This document shows positions 9,787 to 18,265 of a stretch of 64,000 nucleotides of DNA, piece by piece. The notes under the pieces are model-generated. The model saw only the letters and a list, made by a program, of their open reading frames with translations. It was not told where the DNA came from and searched no databases. The stretch is from positions 8,385-72,384 of the forward strand of contig CAZRDX010000031.1 in NCBI GenBank assembly GCA_964599235.1, read 5' to 3'. This DNA is from an uncultured Rikenellaceae bacterium (GTDB taxonomy: Bacteria; Bacteroidota; Bacteroidia; Bacteroidales; VadinHA17). How positions within the stretch are numbered: position 1 is the stretch's first letter; each line of letters starts with the position of its first letter. A program made the translations under genes and the position numbers.

Positions 9787-11907
9787 TCACTCTTTTCTGA
9801 TCACCGGCAGGGGCGGCTGGTCGATGGCCGTTCCCGGAGGCACCTCTTCTTCGAAAGGTATCCCTCCGTATTTTTCCCGGTAGATACGTATCCCTTTCAC
9901 CGGTCCGTGCCACAGGCTCACAAGGTTACCTGCACATCCCCGGTCGGCGTTCTCTTCTGCATAGAGGTCGATGTATTGTTCGAAGAGGGCCAGCACGCCG
10001 TTACACACTTTTGCGTAGCGTTGCTGTTCTTCCGGGGGCGGGGGGGTCACGGATGGGAAGGGCCGCAGTTCCCTGCCTTTTTCGAAGGCACGTATGTAGA
10101 GGAGGGTGGTACGCAGACGGTTGTCGAGGAAGGTGAGGAGGCGGCGGGCCGCAGGGCGTGTGGTACCGGCATCGCATCCCTGCAGGGTATTCAGCACCTT
10201 GAGATAGGCTTGTCGCATTTTCTCCAGTTCTTCGACGGGATAGGCACCGATGGGGCCGCCGTGGCGCCATCGTCCCACCCAGCAGAAGGCAAAGCCGGCG
10301 GCGTGGTGCATCGCCGTGGTGTCGGCACGGTCGAGGAGCAGCATGGCCCGGGCGAAGGTGTCGGCGGGGAGGATGCCCAGCTTACGGGCATAGTCACGGT
10401 AGAAAGCCCGGGGGTCCAGGGGGCCCTGCAGGGTAGCCTCTGCCGCATAGCGGGCCGTCACCCTGTTCTCGGCCGTACGCCAGTGGTTGAAGAGCAGCTC
10501 GCTCACCTTTCCTTTCTCGTCCGTCTCCTTCAGCAGGTCGTGGATGCCGCTGACACCGTTCTGCTGGATGTACATCATGCCGTCGAACTCGATCCACGAG
10601 TAGAGGATGGCGCGGTGCCAGTCGCTCGTATCACGCAGTACGAGGGGTGTGTTGGCTGCCACACGCATGCTGTGATGACCGGGCATCAGGGAGATACGCG
10701 TACCCGGCGGGGAGAAGCGCCGGGCCAGGTACCACGCCCCCCGCGCATAGTCGGGGATCACCACATAGATGCCCAACACCAGCTCCAGGTCGTCGGGCAC
10801 CAGATGGTCGTCCCTCAGCCGTCTCATCAGGGCGGTGATATGTCCCACCTGCCCGTAGATGTAAGCCAGGTCGCTCTGTTCGTCCCGCACCGGGGCCATC
10901 ACCACACTGTCACGGAGCATCGTCTCCCCGAAATGCCGGCGGATCATGGCCTCCGTCGCCTGACGGGTGGTGCGGGGCCCCCATCCTCCCGCCTCCTCGG
11001 TGATGAACTCCAGAGCATCAATGCGGGGATACTCCTTCAGGATGGCCTGCACCGTCTCTATCGACCGCTGCAGGTCGGTGGCGTCACTACGCGGCTCGAA
11101 AGAGAAACGTACCCTCATCCCGCATCGCTTGGCCTCATCGATCACATCCTGCAGCCACCCGATGGCCAGACGGCTGCGCTCTTCCACCTGAAGGAAGTAG
11201 GGCTCGATCTCGGGAATGCAGAAATATTTCCTGTTGACGGCAATGCGCCGTATCGCAGGATAGTCTGGCACCAGATGGACATCGCCGTAGAAAAAGTGTC
11301 CCGCATACTCCACCGTATCGCGGCGTCTCACCTCGTACCACTGGCCGGGATAGCTGTGCAAGGTGATGGCGTTGAAGCGCATGCGTGCCAGGTTGCGGAT
11401 GTATTCTTTCGCCTCTTCCACCGACCAGGCGGAGAGGTCCATGGGAAAGTTGAGATGCTGCCGGATGCCGCGGTAACGCACCGCGGGGATGAGGGTTTTC
11501 TGCCAGTGGCGCAGGGAATCCCAGAGGAACCTTTCCGGAGGTTTCGGACCGGTCATGTCGAAAAGGTATCCGCCGCGTTCGAGGAAGGTGTAGGCGGCGG
11601 CCAGAACGCTTGCAGCGTCGCCACCCCGGAGGTGTACGGTCCATTTCCTCCCGTCCTCCTGCACCTTCACTGAGAAAGCCCCGCCGGACATGCCGGGGGC
11701 GGTTCCCATATCAAAGGTAAGGGAACGCAGGCCCGAACCCTCAAGGAAGTCCGGAGTGAGGAACTTTTCCAGCTCGCTGCGTGCCCATGCCTCTGTCTGT
11801 GATCCTGGATCATAACGGAAACGCAGCACGCCGGAACCCGCTCTGTGCCGGCAGGCAACGGCCGACAGCAACAGCAGGGACAAAGAGAAAAAAAGATAAC
11901 GTCTCAT
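9787..11907 (-). CDS. Putative glycoside-hydrolase-like lipoprotein (GH20/GH67/GH115-like N-domain plus TIM-barrel pattern), family unassigned
   Basis: ATG at 11907. Lipoprotein signal LLLLSAVAC. Segment YRGIRQHLNFPMDLSAWSVEEAKEYIRNLARMRFNAITLHSYPGQWYE resembles the RG..D..R-f / K-N-hWH region of GH20-type barrels. The family call is a guess. Confidence 0.6.
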   Translation of the reverse strand: MRRYLFFSLSLLLLSAVACRHRAGSGVLRFRYDPGSQTEAWARSELEKFLTPDFLEGSGLRSLTFDMGTAPGMSGGAFSVKVQEDGRKWTVHLRGGDAASVLAAAYTFLERGGYLFDMTGPKPPERFLWDSLRHWQKTLIPAVRYRGIRQHLNFPMDLSAWSVEEAKEYIRNLARMRFNAITLHSYPGQWYEVRRRDTVEYAGHFFYGDVHLVPDYPAIRRIAVNRKYFCIPEIEPYFLQVEERSRLAIGWLQDVIDEAKRCGMRVRFSFEPRSDATDLQRSIETVQAILKEYPRIDALEFITEEAGGWGPRTTRQATEAMIRRHFGETMLRDSVVMAPVRDEQSDLAYIYGQVGHITALMRRLRDDHLVPDDLELVLGIYVVIPDYARGAWYLARRFSPPGTRISLMPGHHSMRVAANTPLVLRDTSDWHRAILYSWIEFDGMMYIQQNGVSGIHDLLKETDEKGKVSELLFNHWRTAENRVTARYAAEATLQGPLDPRAFYRDYARKLGILPADTFARAMLLLDRADTTAMHHAAGFAFCWVGRWRHGGPIGAYPVEELEKMRQAYLKVLNTLQGCDAGTTRPAARRLLTFLDNRLRTTLLYIRAFEKGRELRPFPSVTPPPPEEQQRYAKVCNGVLALFEQYIDLYAEENADRGCAGNLVSLWHGPVKGIRIYREKYGGIPFEEEVPPGTAIDQPPLPVIRKE

Positions 11908-11937
11908 GAGAAAAGGTTTATTATTGGGATGAAATTG

Positions 11938-13365
11938 TTATTGGGATGAAACATGACAGGCTTCTTCAATGAAACGTACGATGGGTTCGGGGTCGGGCAG
12001 GCTGTGGGGGTGGTGTCCTATGCCCGGCTTGTGGATGACCTTGATCTTTCCTCCGTGTTCACGGATGATCTTTGCAAAGGGGCCGGTGTTCTCATCCACG
12101 GGCACCACCCGGTCGGCATCACCCACGATGTGGAGCATGGGGAAACCTGCCCGTGCCAGTGAGTCGGCACGGTCGAGGGGGTTCACGCGTGCCGTCACAG
12201 CCTCTTCTTCTGTGGCAAAGCCATAGGCCCGGAGGCATTGCTGCCAGTCGGACGGGCTGCCCTTTCCATGTCCTTTTCCGCCCGGCCAGCTTTTGATGTC
12301 GAGCACGGGAGCATCGGCATAGACACAGCACACCCTGTCGGGGTGATGGTAGGCCCAGTTGTAGACGATGAGTCCGCCGCGGCTCATCCCTTCGAGGGCG
12401 GTGCGGGGGGCCAGCCCTCCCTTCTGCAGCCACGACCAGAAACGGTCCCACCGGGCCACGGCCGGCGGCGCACCGAAAAACCCCGCCACATCGTAATAGA
12501 CCACATGATATCCTCTTTCCAGCATGGCGATGTCGGTCTGGGGCTCATGGCCGAAAAAACGGGCCCGCCACAGCCAGGGTCGCCCCGGCGCCACACGACG
12601 CGGGAAGACGATGCGGAAGGTCACGCTGTCGAGCTGTCCCGTCACCATCGGGAAGCCGTGAAAGTTCTGAGGGGTGCCGGACAGGGAGAGATGGTCGTGC
12701 AGATCGAAAGACTCCTCCGGCCGCAGGAGATAGTCCTGCAGTCGACGTGCCAGACGCTCGGCCCCGTCGGCATTGGGATGGATCCTGTCGGGGAACATCG
12801 GTTCCTTGTCAAGGAACCAGTGGAAGAGGTCGACCACCTCACAATCCTGATCGTAGGCTACCTGTTCCACCATGGGGACGATGCGGCGGGCGACCACGCC
12901 GGGCGTGATGCCCACCGTATCGCCGTAGTTGAACGCCGGCACCGGCTTCAGCAGGATCACACGCGGATGCGAGGGCAGCTGACGGTAACTCTCGATCAGC
13001 CGGGCATAATCGTCCTTATATTCAACCAGATAAGGACGGTTCACCTTTTTCGAGTCGTTGGTGCCCAGCATGATGAGGACGATGTCGGGATTGAATGCCA
13101 TGGATGCTTTGTACTCTTCGGTACGTACGTAGGGAATATTGCCTCGCGTGAGGAGAGTGGCACCGTTGTGGCCAAAGTTGACCACCTCATAATCTTCCCC
13201 CAGCAGCTGCTGCAGACGTGCAGGATAGCTCTTGTGTTCCCGGTCGGGGATGCCGGCCCCCCAGGTGATGCTGTCACCCACACAGGCGATACGGGTACGC
13301 TTTGGCAAAGTACATGCCGTGAACACCAGCAAGACAGAAAAGATCAAAAAGGGAATCCTTCTCAT
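11938..13365 (-). CDS. Bifunctional-type carbohydrate esterase: N-terminal SGNH/GDSL hydrolase fused to C-terminal alpha/beta hydrolase
   Basis: ATG at 13365. Signal/lipobox FSVLLVFTAC. SGNH block I IACVGDSITWG and block III LIMLGTNDS. C-terminal GMSRGG nucleophile elbow and HIVGDADRVVP...GHHPH. Confidence 0.85.
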   Translation of the reverse strand: MRRIPFLIFSVLLVFTACTLPKRTRIACVGDSITWGAGIPDREHKSYPARLQQLLGEDYEVVNFGHNGATLLTRGNIPYVRTEEYKASMAFNPDIVLIMLGTNDSKKVNRPYLVEYKDDYARLIESYRQLPSHPRVILLKPVPAFNYGDTVGITPGVVARRIVPMVEQVAYDQDCEVVDLFHWFLDKEPMFPDRIHPNADGAERLARRLQDYLLRPEESFDLHDHLSLSGTPQNFHGFPMVTGQLDSVTFRIVFPRRVAPGRPWLWRARFFGHEPQTDIAMLERGYHVVYYDVAGFFGAPPAVARWDRFWSWLQKGGLAPRTALEGMSRGGLIVYNWAYHHPDRVCCVYADAPVLDIKSWPGGKGHGKGSPSDWQQCLRAYGFATEEEAVTARVNPLDRADSLARAGFPMLHIVGDADRVVPVDENTGPFAKIIREHGGKIKVIHKPGIGHHPHSLPDPEPIVRFIEEACHVSSQ

Positions 13366-13668
13366 GAAGCCTTTTTGGGGTAAAAATAATCATTACCTCC
13401 CAGGAATGGGCCGGGTTTACATATATTTATTGCCTGTAACTTACCTGATCTTTCCATGTCCCGCAGCTGTTTCTTCCTGGTGGTTCATTCGGAGGGGAAG
13501 GCTCATTCCTTCTGTTATCATCTTCCGGATGATCCTGATCAGACTGCAAAAACACAGGATCCGGCTGACAGGAAAAAGTCAGGTCACTACCCGGCAAGGT
13601 TTTGGTGGGGTGCGAATACCTTCCCGTATTACAATTACAAAAGAATCCTTAACCAAAAGTTTCTTACC

Positions 13669-15504
13669 ATGGTCCGTATCTTTCTTTTTCTCAGCCTCCT
13701 GTTTTTGCTTGTTCGGGTGTCTGCGCAGGAGCCCCAACAGGAGATCGTCCGTAAGAAAGGCACTTTCTGGCAAAGTCACACTTTCCTGACACCGTTCCGG
13801 TTTCCCTTGCCTGATCCGGGCAGTGTTCATTACCTCGATCTGGACGGGGATGGTGACCCCGATGTGTTGCGTGCTTTTGTCAACGGCTATCTTCCCGTTC
13901 AATGGATCGATGACGACGATGATATGAAGGAAGGGGATCTCGAGGGGGACACCGACAGCGACTGTCTGATGATCGACCGCGACGGGGATGGTCATTATGG
14001 TGGCAAGTACGATCTGATGATCGACTGGGATGACGATGACGGCGACGGGGAAGCCGATCTGCAGGTCATTGCCGACAACAATACCTGGAATGCCCGTCGC
14101 GGGAAATACATGTCTCACTACATGATCTTCGTAGACACCGATCATGACGGGGTGTTCAACTACATTGACTGGAACAAGTATGCCATCGAGGCATGGGATC
14201 GTATGGGCCGGGCTCTTTTCCTGCCCGACTACAACGGTCAGAGTCTTTTTCTGAAGACCCATAGCAAGGTATCCGACATTGCCGATCTCCGGTACAACTG
14301 GGAAAATCCTTTTCTTTTTTACGACAAGGACGGTGACGGGCTGACGGAGATGACCATACGTTTCTGCGATGACGGTCTCCCCGTTTCCCGTCGGCAGGGG
14401 GGGCCCCGCGACCCTCGGGGCCGTCCCTACCGGAAGGTCTTCAGCCATCGCATCACGGGCGTATACGTCGGTATCGACCTCGACAACGACTCCGAGGCCG
14501 GCAACGAGCTGGATTTCGACATGAGCCTGAAGTTCACCGGCGAAGGGTTCGATTACAGTGATTTTTTCCATTCCCATCCTTCGATGCGGGGTTTGCCTGC
14601 CGCGGACACTTTTTTCGGTGATGCCCGGTGGCGACGACTTACAGGGTTGATCTATGTACCTCATGAGGAAGCCTGGCCGATCATCTTCTCCCGCGGCAAA
14701 TGGCAACAGTGTTGGTTGGTTTTCGATGAGGATGATGATTGTCACCGCTGGGAAAGGGTGGAGTTCTATGACCCGAAAGATCCTTTCCGGGTGGGGGCTC
14801 ATCAGGGCGGCCTGGACGACAATCCTCAGGCTGATGTATCGGGTGACCGGGGTGAATGGGATCTGGATTTTTCGGGCGGCGGCGATCTCTACCTTGCTCC
14901 TTTCGATGGTCGTCTGCACCTGGTGGGCGCCGAGCTGGGTTACTGGCGCATCGACCAGTTCGCCTACTATTACCAGGGATGGCAGGGATGGCGCGGGCCC
15001 AGCATCGCCCCGGAAGACCTGGTGGATAAAGAACCCGAACATTTTGCCACCGTCCGGTATGAGGATACCGACCACAACGGCTTCTTCGATCTTATCCGGT
15101 ACGACCTCGACGGGGACACGCTGTATGAAGAGACGATCTCGCTGAAAGAACTGGATATCGACGACAGTCGGGTCATAAGATACCATACGGCTGATCTTTC
15201 CTACGGAGATCTACGTCTTCTTTTTGCCGAGATGGCCCGCTCCATGTGGAGGAACGCCTTACAGGCCCTTCGGGTGGCTCGCAGGTATGGTCTGGAGACC
15301 AGCTGGTACAACGCCATGCGGTCTCCCCGCTCGCTGCAGGAACAATATTCCTGGGGATACTGGATCGCATTCTATCTCCATAAGGACCTGGTCCAGCATT
15401 TCCGCTCCCTTCATGATGAGGAGATGGTACGCAGGGTATTGCATGCCTATTACGCCTCTTCGTGGGATGAACTTTTGAACGATACTTCCTGCAACGAACG
15501 GTGA
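13669..15504 (+). CDS. Secreted Asp-rich protein with repeated DxDxDG calcium-loop (FG-GAP/EF-hand-like) motifs, function unknown
   Basis: The track ORF starts at 13456, but the ATG at 13669 gives a canonical signal peptide MVRIFLFLSLLFLLVRVSAQ. Repeated loops: LDLDGDGDPDVL, IDRDGDGHYGGKYDL, DDDDGDGEADL, VDTDHDGVFNYIDW, YDKDGDGLTEMTI, EDTDHNGFFDLIRYDLDGDTLYEE. Confidence 0.75.
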   Translation: MVRIFLFLSLLFLLVRVSAQEPQQEIVRKKGTFWQSHTFLTPFRFPLPDPGSVHYLDLDGDGDPDVLRAFVNGYLPVQWIDDDDDMKEGDLEGDTDSDCLMIDRDGDGHYGGKYDLMIDWDDDDGDGEADLQVIADNNTWNARRGKYMSHYMIFVDTDHDGVFNYIDWNKYAIEAWDRMGRALFLPDYNGQSLFLKTHSKVSDIADLRYNWENPFLFYDKDGDGLTEMTIRFCDDGLPVSRRQGGPRDPRGRPYRKVFSHRITGVYVGIDLDNDSEAGNELDFDMSLKFTGEGFDYSDFFHSHPSMRGLPAADTFFGDARWRRLTGLIYVPHEEAWPIIFSRGKWQQCWLVFDEDDDCHRWERVEFYDPKDPFRVGAHQGGLDDNPQADVSGDRGEWDLDFSGGGDLYLAPFDGRLHLVGAELGYWRIDQFAYYYQGWQGWRGPSIAPEDLVDKEPEHFATVRYEDTDHNGFFDLIRYDLDGDTLYEETISLKELDIDDSRVIRYHTADLSYGDLRLLFAEMARSMWRNALQALRVARRYGLETSWYNAMRSPRSLQEQYSWGYWIAFYLHKDLVQHFRSLHDEEMVRRVLHAYYASSWDELLNDTSCNER

Positions 15505-15769
15505 AGAAGAGCTGTACAACCCTCTGACGGATGTTCCAGGGGAGGGACAAGGCACCACACGATCCTTTCTCTTGGGGGGTAAGAGCCCGACCGCGAGAAC
15601 CGCATCCCTGAATGGCCGGCATCGACCGATAAGGCATCCTTCCTGCGGTCGATGATGCGGCAGCCTGGATTTTATGCGATGGTCAGGAGAACCCCTGCCC
15701 TCCGGGGACATCTCCTCAGAAAAGAGGAAGATGGTTCTGTGCCTGCAAGGATCCCGGCGGTCACGATCA

Positions 15770-16276
15770 TCAGAATCTTTTGACGCGGACGTGGCAATAG
15801 GGAGTTCCGCCGGTCTTGTTGTAGTAGTTCTGATGATACTCTTCGGCCGACCAGAAGGTAGAGGCTGGCAGGATACGAGTTACCACGTCAAGACCCCGGC
15901 GGCGCAGGTAGTCGATAAGCCTGCGGACGATCTGCTCCTCCACTTCATTGCGGACAAAGACGGCTGAGAGATATTGCTCACCGATGTCGGGCCCCTGGCC
16001 GTCGGCCTGGGTGGGGTCGTGGATCTCAAAGAAGAACCTGGCCAGTTCCTCATAACTGACACGGGCAGGGTCGTAGGTCACCTCGAGGGTCTCCAGATGA
16101 CCGGTGGTCTCCGACCTCACCTCCTCATAGGTGGGATTTTCCTTGTGTCCTCCCATATAGCCTACGCGTGTAGCGGTCACCCCCGGCATCTTCCTGAAAA
16201 GGTATTCCATACCCCAGAAACACCCTCCGGCAAACCACGCCACCTCCTTAGCGGATGCTTTTTTCTCTTCTTCCAT
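15770..16276 (-). CDS. msrA: Peptide-methionine (S)-S-oxide reductase MsrA
   Basis: ATG at 16276. Active-site motif FAGGCFWGMEY. Overall MsrA-like sequence (GYMGG...NPTYEEV...GH.E...V.YDP..VSYEEL...FF..HDPTQ). Confidence 0.93.
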   Translation of the reverse strand: MEEEKKASAKEVAWFAGGCFWGMEYLFRKMPGVTATRVGYMGGHKENPTYEEVRSETTGHLETLEVTYDPARVSYEELARFFFEIHDPTQADGQGPDIGEQYLSAVFVRNEVEEQIVRRLIDYLRRRGLDVVTRILPASTFWSAEEYHQNYYNKTGGTPYCHVRVKRF

Positions 16277-16284
16277 CTTTCTTC

Positions 16285-16635
16285 TTAACGGATCATGGTG
16301 AGGAGCATTTTGAATCTTTCGGGTGCGGCCACAGCATGGGGCACGTTGGCCGGCATGATGATGCTCTCACCGCTGTGCAGGCGGTATCTCTTCCCGCCAA
16401 TGATGATCTCCCCCACCCCTTCGATCACCTGCACCAAGGCCTCGTATGGTGAAGAGTGTTCCGACAGGCCTTCACCCCTGTCAAATGCGAAAAGTGTCAC
16501 ATTACCATGTTCTTTTTTCAGCACCTGTTTGCTGACGATCCCGCCGCCGGCATATTCCACCTCATCGGTAAATACCAGGATCTCAGATGTAGGGAAGGGG
16601 TTCTCGTGCTGGTCTTTCATGCTCATATCCCGCAT
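16285..16635 (-). CDS. Cupin domain-containing protein
   Basis: 116 aa. Cupin motifs GEGLSEHSSPYEALVQVIEGVGEIIIGGKRYRLHSGESIIMPANVPHAV. Lies 8 nt upstream of msrA on the same strand. Confidence 0.8.
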   Translation of the reverse strand: MRDMSMKDQHENPFPTSEILVFTDEVEYAGGGIVSKQVLKKEHGNVTLFAFDRGEGLSEHSSPYEALVQVIEGVGEIIIGGKRYRLHSGESIIMPANVPHAVAAPERFKMLLTMIR

Positions 16636-16694
16636 TTTGTTTCCGCATGCAAGTTACACTTTTCACATCAACCGGCCAAAGAATCCCGTTGACA

Positions 16695-16724
16695 ACAAAA
16701 AAAGCCGGCGAGGGCCGGCTTTTG
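16695..16724 (-). terminator. Rho-independent terminator after the PepSY-like gene
   Basis: Perfect 7-bp GC-rich stem AGCCGGC / GCCGGCT (16703-16709 and 16714-16720), loop GAGG. On the minus strand it is followed by a run of about 7-9 T (plus-strand A run 16695-16703). Lies about 20 nt downstream of the stop at 16744. Confidence 0.75.
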
Positions 16725-16743
16725 TTCTGCGAGAGCGGGCCTC

Positions 16744-17313
16744 TTATTTCTCTTGTTCACTTTCTTCTGTTTCTCCCTCTTCCTCTTCTTTTTCGGCCTT
16801 TTCGTTCTCTTCGGAAGCTTCACCTACTTCCTCTTCGCCTTCTTTTTCTTCCTCCTGTTTGATGACCTTGCCGTTCTCATCGATCACCAGTTCGATCTCC
16901 TGGTCATCCTTTTTGAGTTCCACTTCCCATGTTTTTCCTTCCGGGGTTTCACACATTTCCACCTCTTCGACAGTATAATCTCCCCATCCGGCTTCGAGGG
17001 TGTCGACCACGGCAGCGGGCAGCTGGGAGTGATCCACCTTCTGTTCGGTCTCTTTCCATGTACCGTCGGAGGCAAACTCTGCCGACATCTCCTGGCCGTT
17101 GACCTTGAACTCGGCCTCATAAACACCCTCCTCTTCCTGTTCCCATTCCACATCGGTAGCTCCGACGAACTTCGCCTCGAAAGCTTTCGTCACAGCTTCA
17201 GGAACGGCTTTTTCCGCTTTCTCCTCGGAAGTGTTCTTGGCTCCCTGTTTGCAGGAATACATCAGTACCCCCGCACCCAGGATCAGGACCATCAGGATCA
17301 ATGTTCTTTTCAT
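16744..17313 (-). CDS. PepSY-like (DUF2874-type) lipoprotein with poly-Glu C-terminal tail
   Basis: Start moved to ATG 17313 (MKRTLILMVLILGAGVLMYSC lipobox). Two PepSY-like half-repeats (VPEAVTKAFEAKFVGATDVEWEQEEEGVYEAEF; LPAAVVDTLEAGWGDYTVEEVEMCETPEGKTWEVEL). Tail EEEKEGEEEVGEASEENEKAEKEEEEGETEESEQEK. Confidence 0.75.
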   Translation of the reverse strand: MKRTLILMVLILGAGVLMYSCKQGAKNTSEEKAEKAVPEAVTKAFEAKFVGATDVEWEQEEEGVYEAEFKVNGQEMSAEFASDGTWKETEQKVDHSQLPAAVVDTLEAGWGDYTVEEVEMCETPEGKTWEVELKKDDQEIELVIDENGKVIKQEEEKEGEEEVGEASEENEKAEKEEEEGETEESEQEK

Positions 17314-17517
17314 GGCTTTTTGGTTTAAAGGGTTAAGTTCCGGTAATATGCAGATTTTGAAAATACATATTTTTTTCCTGACAACCAACATCTTGAAATT
17401 TTTTTAAGATTTTTTAACATTTTTTCTTCCCCGGACAGAAGAGCAAAATCTTTTTTTCGATTTGGATAAAGAGCATATGTTCACTATTTTTATAGGGAGA
17501 ACCAAAAGCGAGGAGAG

Positions 17518-17892
17518 ATGAGGATCGCGATACCAACGAACGACCATGAGACGATTGCGGGGAGGTTGAGCGAAGCACGGGGCGTGATGGTTTACCGCAT
17601 TGAGAAAGGGAAGTTACGTGGGAGGTTGTTCCGCTATTTCCGTTTTTGGAAGATCTTGCAGAACGAAGGATTAAAAGACCGTTTCTTCCGTCGTTTCTCG
17701 GAATGTTTTCGGGAATGTGACTGGCTGGTGATCAAAGAGATGCATCCCGGCCTTCAGGAATATCTGCGCAATTCAGGCATCCGCATCCATCAGACACAAC
17801 ATGAAAGACTGGCAGACATTGTGAAAGAAATGATCGACATCACCAACAAGGAGGAGGAAGCATATGTACAAACTAAGGAAGTACCACGGTGA
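17518..17892 (+). CDS. NifB/NifX-like (dinitrogenase Fe-Mo cofactor biosynthesis-type fold) small protein
   Basis: ATG at 17518. N-terminal MRIAIPTNDHETIAGRLSEARGVMVYRIEKGKL and later CDWLVIKEMHPGLQEYLRNSGIRIH resemble the MKIAv.s.d...i...FG.a..f.iy.. / vv....iG..a...L...GI.v pattern of this family. Confidence 0.5.
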   Translation: MRIAIPTNDHETIAGRLSEARGVMVYRIEKGKLRGRLFRYFRFWKILQNEGLKDRFFRRFSECFRECDWLVIKEMHPGLQEYLRNSGIRIHQTQHERLADIVKEMIDITNKEEEAYVQTKEVPR

Positions 17893-18145
17893 CAGGGTCC
17901 AGTCACTGACTTACGAAAAGAACGGGCGAGCCGGCTCGGTGGGTATCATGGATGCCGGTGAATATGAATTCGGCGCCGTGGAAAAGGAGACCATCACGGT
18001 ATGCGAAGGGACCATCCACGTCCGTGTGGGCACGGAAAAGGAGTGGAAAAGTTACGGAAAGGGTGAAACATTTGTGATCCCTGCTCACAGCAACTTCTCC
18101 CTCCGCACCGAAGACATCGCCACTTATTCCTGTCTTTACGGCTGA
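17864..18145 (+). CDS. ppnP: Pyrimidine/purine nucleoside phosphorylase PpnP (DUF1255)
   Basis: 93 aa. Aligns by eye along its whole length to E. coli PpnP (KYHGDRVQSLTY / EYFSGKVKSIGF; GIMDAGEYEFGAVEKETITVCEGTIHV; VIPAHSNFSLRTEDIATYSCLY). Overlaps the upstream gene by 29 nt. Confidence 0.85.
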   Translation: MYKLRKYHGDRVQSLTYEKNGRAGSVGIMDAGEYEFGAVEKETITVCEGTIHVRVGTEKEWKSYGKGETFVIPAHSNFSLRTEDIATYSCLYG

Positions 18146-18265
18146 TCCTCCCTGCAGGTCGCGGCCCCCTAAGCTCCTTCCCGCCGACGATCCGGGAAAG
18201 GGAGGTTTGGGTATTTTGTGGATTTTTGATATTTTCCACACAAAACCAATCCTGATCTGTTCATC

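Noticed and set aside
9781-11673. Other long antisense ORFs: 9781..11673, 13579..15186, 17903..19078, 3725..5236, 6123..7733, 12238..13383, 32812..34476, 36827..38275, 39267..40610, 52206..53582, 54048..55679, 58584..60299, 60849..62150, 62954..63934
   Set aside because: Each lies opposite a gene with recognisable conserved motifs. Each has a skewed R/G/P/H-rich composition with no signal peptides or motifs. I treat them as shadow ORFs of a high-GC genome.
15620-15654. A 9-bp perfect inverted repeat (CATCGACCG ... CGGTCGATG, 17-nt loop) in the convergent spacer between the Asp-rich protein gene and msrA
   Set aside because: It could be a bidirectional terminator, but it lacks a U-tract on either strand and has a large loop. 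There is not enough evidence to call it.
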